DNA from: Balanoglossus misakiensis
Taxonomy: Eukaryota; Animalia; Hemichordata
Reading direction: 5' to 3'
Assembly (NCBI GenBank): GCA_040954595.2
Contig: CM082577.2
Span: 1,116,001 to 1,180,000, forward strand
Length of the DNA stretch: 64,000 bases
Shown here: one piece after another, positions 1 through 14,803 of the stretch
Layout of the letters: every line of letters begins with the position of its first letter
How positions within the stretch are numbered: the stretch's first letter is position 1
The notes under the pieces: generated by a model
The model's database searches: none
Told to the model about the DNA's origin: nothing
Seen by the model: the letters and a program-made list of their open reading frames with translations, nothing else
Position numbers and translations under genes: made by a program

Positions 1-14
1 TTTAATTTCTCCAG

Positions 15-2520
15 TGTACCATTCATTGATTCAGAAGATACCAGTGATGCTACCATAAGCAATGATGTCACTGTGGATGACGATGGAGATTTTGTGATTA
101 CTAGAAAACACCAATCACAATCTGGCCACGATGAGGAAAATAAAATTGTGATAGGTAATCGTGTTAACAGTTGACACATGGTGTCATCGTATTACTACCA
201 TAGGCATATAGAATTTCACCCTACTACAAACAAAGAAATTGATGTAAATGTTATACTACTGAAGTTATAGTATCAGTATACTATAAATAAATTAGCACAG
301 TCCATAAACAGATTTCCATTCAGTTCAAGTTCTATTTTAAAATCTGTCTTCCTTAGACATGCCCCACAAGTATATCTTGAATAAATGTCTATTCATTTTT
401 CTCAGAACACAGTATGGAAACACCTATTGAAGATGTGGGTTTACAGGTAATAGTCTAACTTTTGATGGTCCATGATGGTCCATTTTCACATATCTTAGAT
501 GACAGTGAATCTGAACCTCAATTTTGTGCATTGTAATACATTATTGCATGATATAAATTTATGGGTTCTATCCTTGAAGATGTATTTCTTCAAGTATGAA
601 ATGCATTTCTCACCAAATGAATAATATGTATTGTCACTATTGAACAGGTTTGGTATGGCGCATTGCTGATGTGTGATTTCATCCTGCATAACCAGAGTAC
701 CTTTAAAGAGCTCTCAGTGTTGGAGTTGGGAGCTGGTGTTGGATTGGCCAGCATTGTCATGGCAACAGTTGCCAAGAATGTTTTATGCACAGGTAATATC
801 GGTCATCAAGTGTGACAAAACTGCTTTTTGCTGACTTGGCAGGATGGCAGAAAAAGGGAATTTGAAATTCAAAATTACTATTCGCAAGATTTATAAATGT
901 AACACTTTTTTTTCAGATGTAATGTTTCATTATGTGAAAGCATAAGTGTTCTTTTATTTGTGTGCCCTGTACTTATATTTTCTTTTGTCTTTCAGATGTT
1001 GGAAGTGACGTTTTAGACATCTGCAAGAGTAATATAGAAACAAACAAATGGCTGTACAGTGACTGCAATTTGGTTGTAAGAGAATTGGATTGGAAGAAAG
1101 AAACACATGATACAGGTAGAATTGTAGCTGTAAATACTGTATGCAACTTTGATCAGGCTGTGTATATTTCTGCCCATCTCAATGACAGCGCCCTCAGGTG
1201 GTGACAAAATCTCATCATCAAACGTCTTCCTTGAATAATAAAACAGCCATGTAGTAATTTCTGTTTTCAGTATATACATGCTTTCCACCAGATGTGTTCA
1301 TTATTTTTAGAAACTCGGCCGAGCTCCATTAACTTCTGTGATATACTACAGATTGCCATTCTCACTTTTCAGATGACCTTCACCCTTTTCACTGGACAGC
1401 TGAAGACTTAAACATTTTAGAGAATGAAGTGAGTGTGATCCTTGCTGCTGATGGTGAGTTTTCTTACATTATGGTAATGTGCGTGGGAGGAGGAACAGTA
1501 AATCCCTTCAAAGAGGGCAGGCTAGTTGGGGTACTCGTGCAGCTCGGCTTGCTTGAAGGGTTTGTTGGGTCAGTGCCTTTGTGTTCGTTGACAATCAACA
1601 TGTTGATATAAATTGCTTGATCAGTTTTAAGACTGTTGTTGTAGTAATGTTGTAAGTACTACACACTCGCTTTCATTTCCTTGCATATAAGCGCTGTCTA
1701 CATAAGTTTTAAATACACAATCACAATCACATACACATCCAATACACTTACTATGAATAGTCAGGTGAAAATATCTGTAACTCAAGCCCACTGTTCAACC
1801 GTTGAACTCTTCTTCTCTTCTTCTCCTCTTTTCAGTCATATATGACGACGATCTCACTGATGCCTTTTTCAGGACTGTCCATCGTCTGATGTCAAATGGA
1901 CAGCCGAAAACACTGTACCTTGTTTTTGAGAAACGGTAATTTATCAACTTAGACTAGACCAGTATAATTGGGTGGGGGAAGGGGGGGGGGGGGGTTCAAT
2001 TCCAATCAAATGGAAGCACATGCACAGTGTCCTTGAAACTATTGTTTTTTTTCTTAATTTCAAAGAGTTTTTTTTATCTCAAAACTAATTTCTGTCAAAT
2101 TGACAAGCATCTTTCCTCTTATATGATTGCAGATTCAATTTTACATTAGGTGACCTAGCTGTGACATGTGGTGCATATGACCATTTCAGAGACTGTTTGG
2201 AATTCCTGCAGACGTTACATAGCAACAAACATGGACACTTCAGTGTGACACAACTTCCCATAAGTTCACTTCCTCAGTATTTTCATTATCAGAGACTGAA
2301 AGAAATGGCAAGTTATATTGTAACTATTTCACTCGTATTTTGGGTTACCGGTACTTTCCTCTGCAAGCCTGTTGAAGAGCAAATCTATCTGGCATTTGCT
2401 TACAGAACTTAATTTGTTGCAAGTCTGATCTAGTCTTCATAAATCAATTATTTATGGACCTTACTGAAATTTGTTCTTTATTCACAGGAATTATGGAAGA
2501 TAGAAACAGAAAAGAGATAA
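15..2520 (+). CDS. METTL22: Methyltransferase-like protein 22, 3' part; 5' end lies outside the window. Exons ~15-154, 406-446, 648-792, 996-1115, 1373-1453, 1836-1935, 2133-2307, 2488-2520
   Basis: Spliced translation gives EHSMETPIEDVGLQ|VWYGALLMCDFIL..VLELGAGVG (SAM motif I)..VILAAD|VIYDDDLTDAFF..EKR|FNFTL..YQRLKEM|ELWKIETEKR*, matching METTL22 as recalled; exon phases are consistent. Confidence 0.9.
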
Positions 2521-3895
2521 CATTAATACCATTTATACAGCAGTTGAAACATTATTTCTAACGCCTCAGTATTTGGTATCTTTATATAGGTACCTATGCT
2601 TCATCTCTGTTTCTGCTTTGTAGATTATAGCGCCCCCAAGTGGCATAGCTTTGCAATGGATTTGATGTTTTACACTGCCGGCTTCAAAGTACATGTACCC
2701 CATTTTGACAGAATACATTCACCTACTGCCATAACTATTTAATATGTTTCTGCATCTGTAAAGAGTATATTTCTAATATCCAATATGGCTGATACTTGCA
2801 TACTGCAATTTAGAGGCATGACCTTCCAGACCTATTTTGACTCCTCACAGGGTGTACATTGTTCTTTTGACCTTTCATGGTGAATTTTGTTTGGTTCTCA
2901 GAGTCGTCTTTGACAAATTGAAATGTATACTGGTCAAGTGTCCACAACCACCACTCTGCTTGTAGACAGACCAGATTAAACATTCCATTAAATATTTTAC
3001 GGCCGCTATCAAAAATCAATCTCTGCATTGAGTTCACATCATACCATGCCTGAATAAATACACCTTTAACAAAAGGTTTATACTCCATGGAGGGAGTTGT
3101 GAGAAAATGTAGATCGGCGGAGCCTTTCTCACAGATATGGGCAACAGATTTTACATACACTGGGACAATATGTGTTTCCCCAGAAAAACCAAGTTGGAAT
3201 TGGAGTAGAGATTTCTAACGAAATCACCTCGTTGGATGACAGAACGTGAGATTCTTGACACTGAAGTTTTGCATCAACATCATTTTTCACAGAGACTATG
3301 CAAATGTCCCATGTTTTTTGGAAGAGGCTTTGTCACTTTTAAAGACCAAAGCCATCAAATTGCCTCATGTTAGAAAGTGAAGTTGACTGCATGGCCACCC
3401 TTTTTTGAAATCCCCAACCCTAATTGTGGGAGCCATTTTGGAAGGGAAATGCTCGTATGAAGTCGACAGATTCAAGACAAGAGATTAATAATTACTCGAA
3501 ATTTGAATAAAGCTTAATTGGAAACAAGTCCAGTTTAATTGAAAAAAAAATTGCTCAAAAAACATGTAGGCCACAAGCATGGCATGTACAGTTTCGACCA
3601 GCTTGTGGTGGACTGGTTAAAAGATTGTCTTTTTTAGACACCTTCGTGCGAGAATTCCTTCCTTCAGGTGTCTGTTGATCTTGACATTTGTGAAGCAGTA
3701 TTGCAGTATCAAAATGTGGCATAGATTACTAAACTCGGGGTCTGGATAATAGCTGCAGTTTCCTCTAAGTACATGTACAAATCTAGTCTTGTCAGTGTTG
3801 CCATATACACATATTCCCATTTCATCATCGGCAGTGCCAATGAAACAGTCTAATGGTCATCACAACAGTGGTTACAACATTTCAGTTTGTCTGGT

Positions 3896-3901
3896 TTTAT
3901 T
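3896..3901 (-). terminator. Likely actin polyadenylation signal (AATAAA)
   Basis: TTTATT on + strand ~610 nt past the actin stop, followed on the minus strand by GT-rich sequence. Confidence 0.5.
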
Positions 3902-4507
3902 TTCATGATTTTTTTTAGTATAAAAAAAGTCTTACTAAGTACAACAAAACAAGCTGTGTTGACTGTAGAACTGCACAATGTGAGGTTTTTTTTCCTTTGA
4001 AATGTACGTTTCATGGAGATCTCATATGACGTTTGCAATCCGACAAGTTTCTGAGCTGAAAACTTGGGATGGTGGTGCCTGAGGCTCCACGATGTGACAT
4101 TTTGCAAAACACTGGGTTTATAAACAGGATAGCACCACATTTCCTCACTTGAGAGATTTCTACCAAGACTAGATCTATCAAAAGCAGCAGAGGTGCGTTT
4201 CCTCAGAATTCAAAGAGAAACATCTACATAAGCTATATCTAAAGAAGAGAAACTAGTGCATCTTGCAAAACATAAACAGCTGTTTCTGAGCTTTCTCAGC
4301 TGATAGTATAGTTTAATTTACTAAACTAAAGCAGTAAAGTTTCAAGATGGCTGCCTTGGAGAAGTATAAATCTTTTTGGCTAATCTTTGGTGTACTCCGT
4401 GGCAGCCACTCTGAGATCAGTCACACATAGGCCCCGTTCACTTCATCTTGGTTGTAATGTTCATTGTCCTCTACCCGGGTGAAATATTCTGATTTGAGTT
4501 AGGCAGT

Positions 4508-7553
<3,046 letters not shown>

Positions 7554-8082
7554 TTACTTAAAGTTTGGGTAGCTGGAGAAAAAAGCGCACAAAAAAATAA
7601 AATTAGTTTCCATGTAATAAAGCTATCGCAAAGAAATAATGTTCACTGCATTCACAATTGCTGCTCGGCGCTTGCAGTATAGAAAGGGCTCCACCCAGTC
7701 GCGTGACCTGTCCCCTACTCGCGTCGGTTCCTCATAGAAAATCGTCCTGTGAAAGTCATGCATGGGCGGGCGTTATCGTTTTTTCGTCTGCAACCGTTTA
7801 AGCACTTTGCAGACGAAAAACGAACGCTGCCAGCGCCGTAGTTCGCAGTCTCGGTTGGAAATTTAAAAAAAAATCCCCAAAGTTTCTTTTGTGCAGCAGC
7901 AAGAGTGTGAAACGGGCGTGGTAAAGAAACGTACATGCTCTCAATACTATATACTCTGTATCGGAAGCAGAAAGTCCAGTAAAGAAAATATATTGGAAAG
8001 CGCGTTAAAATGAACAACTTAAAAAATCATGAATGCATGCATGCATGCGCTTCCATAGTACTAATATGTTTTAAGTACGTAC

Positions 8083-8245
8083 CTTACTAAGGTAAGAGAA
8101 AAGATTCCACGATTTGTTGCGGAGCGTGTGCTTGTGCTATCACTGCCTGAACTCACAGTGAGGGTTAGTGCTATGTGTTCGGGGTTTTAGAGGCGTGCAG
8201 AAGCCAGTACGGAGAAGGAAATTCGAAGTCATTTCCTAATTTAGT
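8083..8245 (-). promoter_or_regulatory. Probable non-coding first exon and core promoter of actin
   Basis: Acceptor ttttttctccAG at 7573 just upstream of the ATG; donor AAG|GTACGT at 8083/8082; Inr-like TCACT ~8160; TATA-like CTAAAA ~8185-8190; near-CArG CCTAATTTAG 8235-8244. Confidence 0.55.
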
Positions 8246-8326
8246 GTTGCACCCCGGAGTAGGCATGTCATGCAAAAATTTGTAAGAGGTCACGCAAATA
8301 TGCCACAGTCGGACTGGAAATTTTTA

Positions 8327-8336
8327 CCATATATGG
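8327..8336. promoter_or_regulatory. CArG box CCATATATGG
   Basis: Perfect CC(A/T)6GG ~170 bp upstream of the inferred actin TSS. Confidence 0.75.
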
Positions 8337-8816
8337 ACACTTCTGAGATGATCCGATTTGCCGTCAACGTCGGTGAAACGGGCACTGATCATTACTGTCA
8401 GAGGGGTGGGTGGCTTGGGTAAGGGTGGTCACGCGTCGCTTTCTTGAACTCAATCGCAATAGTCTGTGGAGTATGGCGCGTTTTAATACTTAGACAAAGA
8501 TCTACTGACTTTTGCCTCGAATCCCTGAGCATAAAAACCGAAATTCACACAGGATTTCGTCAGCTTTTCCCGACTCCCACCAACATGCTTCCACCCCTCT
8601 GCAACCAGCAAAGTTGACAAACAAAGGTAAGAACAACAGCGTCCCTGTCGAATTTAAATAAATCAGATGCTTTTTTCGTTCCGTATATGGGTATTGAAAA
8701 GCCTCAAGTAAATTTACAAGTGATTAATATGCAGAAATATTGAAAATGTATGTTATCTTCAATTGTAACCATGAACTTAATATTAATAAGTAAACCTGCT
8801 AAATTTTCATTGACCT

Positions 8817-8826
8817 CCTTATATGG
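8817..8826. promoter_or_regulatory. CArG box CCTTATATGG
   Basis: Perfect CC(A/T)6GG upstream of actin. Confidence 0.65.
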
Positions 8827-9508
8827 AAAGTGGCCCTGTAGGCGTCGCCGCCAGATCGATGAGTAAACCAATTCCTATGATACACCGCGAAAATCGATGG
8901 TTTCTCCGCCCAGACGTACTTGGCATGCAAGTCAGCAGAGCTGAGTTGATGCCCTTGATTCACCATTTATTGAGTCTGCGCATTTCGGATTTCATTGAGT
9001 CACGTTTCGAGGGTGACTTGGCCGTTTTGTGTTTTCTGTCGCTGTTTATGTATCCGCAGACACACTACTGCTGTCCGTGCATAAAAGGCTGAGTCATCGA
9101 GTCGTTGTTTGCTGAAAGCTTCATTTGTGCTATTTCGCCCTAGGTGTGTGTGTGTGATAGTTTCTTTCGATAAAATGTTGTCAAATGCAAATTGGGCTTG
9201 AGTGCTGAAGTCGATATCAACATGCACATGGCCACAACTGAGAAGCCGGGAGTTCGGAAGGACCACTGCATGGTTTCTAGGTCAAATCTTTTGGAAAACA
9301 GCATGTAAAGGATTTGCTCTGAATGTCAGGGCTGTGTGTTGTTGCCACGTAGACCTACCAAAGGATGTATTATTCTTGCATTTCAATAGTTTACATGACC
9401 CGGTGCCAGTCTCCGGCTCATTAATTTGCTCTGTGTATTTCAGTTGAATAGTTGTGCCCCGAGGGACCGAGTCGCCAAACTCTCCCTTGATAAAAATCAC
9501 AGGTCAGG

Positions 9509-9518
9509 CCATTTTAGG
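9509..9518. promoter_or_regulatory. CArG box CCATTTTAGG
   Basis: Perfect CC(A/T)6GG upstream of actin. Confidence 0.55.
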
Positions 9519-9723
9519 AAGCGAAGTTTTGTTTGGATAAAGAATGAAGTAAATTTCCGGAAAAAAAATATTTCCGCATATTTGGGGATGATTTACTCGT
9601 GTTTCATAAATTATTGCCCCCGCCATGCATTATTTTATTGGCTGGGGTTCAGGCAGTTATAATATCGACCGGACTATTGTGCTGTTTTTTTTTCTATTGA
9701 TATGAGGATTAATTGTACGCGTT

Positions 9724-9737
9724 GTTGCCATGGCAAC
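9724..9737. promoter_or_regulatory. Perfect palindromic RFX X-box GTTGCCATGGCAAC
   Basis: Exact 14-bp consensus palindrome. Confidence 0.55.
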
Positions 9738-10832
9738 TCCGGGCCACATTTTCGAAGCACTTCCGTATACAGAATAACTTGCCAGTTAAGCGCCTTGTTA
9801 ATAACAATAGGAGGAAGTTAGGGAAATATTCGGAACATTTTAGATGTTTCATTTCTTTTCCAGTTCATTGTCAGTTTTCCAGTGTTTTCATGAGTCCGAT
9901 AAAAATTGAAAAACGCCACTACCACTTCAGTCCGGCATCGACAGAAGAAAATAAATCTGGAACAGGATGTGCGATAATATTTTGCATGTGGATTGAATTG
10001 TTCATGAAAATCTAAATGCCATTCACATTGACGGGAATCGGTGAATTTTACTGATTCGAGTTCCTCTCTGCATTGAAGGAGAAAATCTAATTTTAATATC
10101 AGCTGTCCTTCAGTTGCTGCCGGCCACAGTGTCTGTCGGCGACAACACTGAGCAGACAAGAACAGTAAAGTCCCAGCCAAGGTAAACACGGTATCACACC
10201 TCGGCAGATGATTTTAATCAGATTGGGAAGCAGCCTGTTCTAACCACATCGTGTCATTGAACGAATGAATGAATCATAGAATCTATAGATAAATTGAACA
10301 ACAACGCGCACTCAAAACAGTCGCGCGACCGCTTTTCTACACCGAATAATAAAACCCCGTCGCTTGTGTACTCCTTCCGAAAAGAGACTTTGGCACAATA
10401 TAAATATCTCACTTCGTGACAGATTTAATCGCTTTTGTCGTGTCCCCAATTACATCACGCTCACCTCACTATCAGCTAATCTCACGAATTGCGTGTCGTT
10501 TCGTTTTATCCAAACAATCAGAACTCACGACTGCCAAAATATTTTATTTCATATCATTACATGGGGGGGGGGGAGATACCATTTCTTTCTGGCTTGCTCG
10601 ACCATCACCGGTTGTGTACACGTACACTGTTACCAAACAAGCCTCAGATACGGCCATCCCATTTACTATACTGCATAATTCATAGACGAGTATAGTCTTT
10701 CAATGAGAGTCCCGACCTCAGCATTCTTAGATCGCGAGCAGGATCGCGAGTGACTTAAAATAACTCGACTGGAAATGTCGCTAGGTTTCGCTCTACTATA
10801 TACGGTATTTGATGGGATTCCTAGCCACTTGC

Positions 10833-11014
10833 TTAAAGGTATACGGTCACCTATACAAATTTAGCCACAGTTACCATGGTAAATCGAGATCTAACCAATC
10901 ACAGATTTTCAGTGGGTGGCACACGCGAAAATAAAGCGTTCTTTAGAACACTCAAATACGCCATTTCAACTATATATGGCGATATGTAAATTGGAGGTGA
11001 CTGTATACCTTTAA
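10833..11014. mobile_element. 174-bp MITE with TTAA target-site duplication (Kolobok/T2-MITE-like)
   Basis: TTAA|AGGTATACGGTCACCT ... AGGTGACTGTATACCT|TTAA; 16-bp TIRs with one mismatch; AGG...CCT termini. Confidence 0.8.
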
Positions 11015-12406
11015 TGAATACCGATCGCGGACTCAAGCTTCAGCGCTGGGGTTGCATTTTCAAACTCCATTGTCCGACGACTGTGAGTGTAGTGGGGTGG
11101 ATTACACGCGTGTCGGACGGGGGCTGGAAGATTTCTCGAAAAAAATATTGCCAGCCGAGTGAAAATGAATTATTTGACTTTGCAATACAACATAGCAACA
11201 TATCCTTCCATGGAGGCTGACAAATTTCCTGTGATGCATTCCACCACTAAAGGTTGACTCATATTGGCTTCAGCTGGAGCTGCCACCGTGACCTATACGA
11301 CTACATTTCAATATTTACACTGTTTATTTTATTTTATTTCAAAACTTGGCGAAAATTTGTTTCAGAGGTAATGTAACATTTCGATAAAGAAAATTGCGAT
11401 CACAATAGTCGAAACAACTTTGCTTGCATGCCTATTTCATGAGGGGTGCATATTTTTTGATAGGATTCTGGTTTCCTGCAGACTCCCACACTAATATCAT
11501 ATTGGTATCCCTAACTCCGGCGCAGTGAGGTTTTACTGACTTGAGTCGGGTCAAAGTGTATAGAGCCTGGTCAGCTGATGCTTGCGTTGATTGTGTGTCG
11601 GGCTATCATGATCATCGGCCAGTTAAGAATTCGACACGTGTTTGGCAGAAAGACCGGCCGGTCGATAAGTAGGGCCTATTGTATTGAAAGTTGGAGGATT
11701 GCCAAAATTTATAGCGCTCCTTACAATCTGCGCGAAAGATTGAAAATATGAATTTCGCACCAAGCTATGTATAAAGGTCACAATTCAGAATGCAATGATA
11801 TCCCAACAAATGTTTTGCGAAAAAAGTTCAAGTTCGGTCACCAGACGCGGCGTTGCGGACCGTAAGGGCCATGTTACAATTGACGTCGGCGGTAGAGGTC
11901 ACGAGGCGGGGTCACGAGCAACAGGGGTCGTGTGGATTGCCATGGTCGACGGACAGCGTTTTATTTCATACCGATATGACCTACGTTTACCATGGCCAAA
12001 CGTTGCACTTTATATTTCTTTCATGTGCTTGAGAACAACAGTTCGTGTTATTCGGAATTCGTTTTATACAGGGAACTTTAAACTGTTCTTAGCCAAAGCC
12101 GGACACTCTCGCCATACTCGAGGCCAGATAGACTCGCTCGTTCGCTCGTTGATTTCAATCTGAAACGCTCATCTAAACACACACAAGTCTCCGATAAAAC
12201 TGACCCGTAAAAATCTAGCAACACGAAATGGGATGCCACCAGTCCCCAACTTCCTGCTTCGAAAATTTGCTGACTATGCGAGCGAACAGTTTCTTCCGCT
12301 TAGGCCAAAATTGTGTCGCCAACCACCGGGAAATCGGAGGGGAAGCCCACCTCGCATAGTATTTCGAAATTTCGTCAAAGGTCATCGCACGGGCGTTTTT
12401 GCGTCT

Positions 12407-12416
12407 CCATAAAAGG
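12407..12416. promoter_or_regulatory. Distal CArG box CCATAAAAGG
   Basis: Perfect CC(A/T)6GG in CpG-rich DNA upstream of actin. Confidence 0.45.
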
Positions 12417-13096
12417 TAATATTTGCGTCGGATCTCGAAGAGATATTCTGGCTGATATGTCTATAGGTGGGGCGATTTACAGCCAGATTAGGTGCTTGTC
12501 CGATTATTTTTACGGCCTTGAATGACCCAGAAAGACATTACAACGTAAAGCTAATCTCGTATGGGAGTGTGGTTGCAGAATTATTGCAACCAACCGTTGG
12601 AATTGAATTTTTACGAAATTCTTACAAAATTGGGAGGAAACTGTTGTTTTACGTGTTCATGCCCTCAGTAAGCGGTTTCCTATTGCATAATACCATGAAA
12701 ATAAAGTCGGGCGGACCAATATGCCTATTATTCAAAAAATCTTTTTCTGCGAAGTATTATTCGCGCGAACTTCCACCAAATGCTTTCGACGAATTTTACC
12801 AGGAACGAAAACTTGTTAGGTTCCGTGGCCTTTTGTAAAATCCTTGAAAAATGTCGCTCACAGAGGAGACCTGCAGGAAGGCACTATCTACAATGTAAAC
12901 AGGCGTATCTTACACAACAATTCCACTGTTTACAGCGATAGCACACGCCACTACAGAGGAGGTAGTGTTTTAATTTAGGTCGGGGCATACTGTGTCATGA
13001 TGCTCTGAGATTTTTCTTGTTACATTTTTTGCAGGCAAGCAAGCAAACACCTTACCCTTCCATATATGCGCTTTCGGGTGTACATGTATTGATTTA

Positions 13097-13129
<33 letters not shown>

Positions 13130-13148
13130 GTCTGTCTGTCTGTCTGTC
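13097..13148. repeat. (TCTG)n microsatellite
   Basis: Tetranucleotide tandem run. Confidence 0.9.
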
Positions 13149-14803
13149 CATGGTCTGTCTAACAGTGTCTGCCTGCCTGTCAAATTGTGTGAAACTTTCG
13201 GGTACGGGAAGTATACGCATGTTTTGTTCGTGTTTGGAGAAAGAAGGAAGTGTGATGGAGACGTCAGGGGGGCTTTTATAGCAGAATTTATCATTAAAAT
13301 GGTGACAACTGTGCATTTCAACGAGTTGTGCAGTGTAGACAAAGAACTATATTTATCGTAAACGGACGAGATGTAATCAGACATAGACAGCTTTTTTGTA
13401 TTTTCCGGATGAGAGCTTGTTTTTTTTTCACTTCAGTAAACAGGCCTGTTCTGGCAATTAGACAACAAATTCCAGGTTTTTTTTTTAAAGGGAACAGAAA
13501 CGGTATTTTTATCTTCCGTTGTGGCCGAAGTTACAGAAGCGATAATCGAAATATCAAATTTCTGCAAACAGAGAACTAGGTTCCTGTCTATGTTGGGTCG
13601 CCTTCCCATTTCCACCGAAAGCCTTATAATTAACAAGTCGTGTCATAACGCATACAAAATGATTTATGACCCGAAACTATAGTAGTTCCATTCTGCCCAC
13701 GTTGCTTTTCACTTCAGCTTTGGGTTTCAGGGTTCTCAATCCATTGCATATTGATAATTCATATCAACATGCAATCTGATTACATGCATAAACCATTGTC
13801 AGATCACTGCAGATCAACGTATGCACTCGTTTATATAAGTCGTTAGACATGGGCATTTCAAGTGTAATTACGTAATGAACGTGTGGATGGGTGTGTGTTC
13901 CGGTACATTAATAGTTTTGCATTGTAAAAAATTAATGAAACTGTTGTCGATGTATATTTACAAGTGCGAGTAGCTGCTTGGTTTTTTTTTAATTCTTAAT
14001 ACAGAAATTTGATGTGAAATCAATTTTTTATGTATCTCTCTCTGTCTTCTTGTTTTACACTGCCTAATTGTATACATGATGTTTATGTTGTTGTTCTACT
14101 ATGAAATGTTGATGTGAATCCTGAGTCAAATAAATAGGCCTAAATGAAAATTGGAAATACAACCCAGTAAGACAATGATGATCAAATCTGTTTTTGTGTG
14201 TGTGTAAAATTTTATATAACGACGAGAACCATTCGATAGCTGTCGAATTTGCTATTGTTGAGAAAAATAATTAAATCTAGATAAATTAACAAGTAGAGAA
14301 ATATGAATAAAACATCGGACAGATCTGAGACATAGTTTAACAATGGTCTGGCTCTGACGAATCACTTAGTTGATCATGATGCACTGTGTATTGGATTAGT
14401 CACAGAGGTCATACAGGAGTCATGGACGATGCAAATCGTGTTACTAGATGAATATATAACACTCAAATAACGTGTAATCATATTTTCATTGAGAAAAAGA
14501 AATAACGGCGACAGGAGACTTAATCAAAAAGCTTGTGTCGTGTGCCGTGTTTATGTGAATTTGTCGGCCAAGTCGGAAAATATTAGGCCCACTTCATGTT
14601 TTATTTCACAATTCCAGTTTAGAAGAAAATGTGGTATTTCGAGACATCCGACCAAATTGACAAGTTCACTTGCACATTAATCGTAATGAAAGAGCACTTT
14701 TATACTTCTGTCATAGACAGTCTATGTTGTGAACATCGAACATTATATTACGCCCTCACTGGACGGGGCGGAGATCCCTTTTCCCATGGTTCAACTCGAC
14801 AAG

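Noticed and set aside
2810-3160. 116-aa minus-strand ORF between METTL22 and actin
   Set aside because: GTG start, no recognisable domain or exon structure
3310-3566. 11-bp inverted repeat CATGTTTTTTG...CAAAAAACATG
   Set aside because: Low-complexity and short, with no TSD; insufficient to call a MITE
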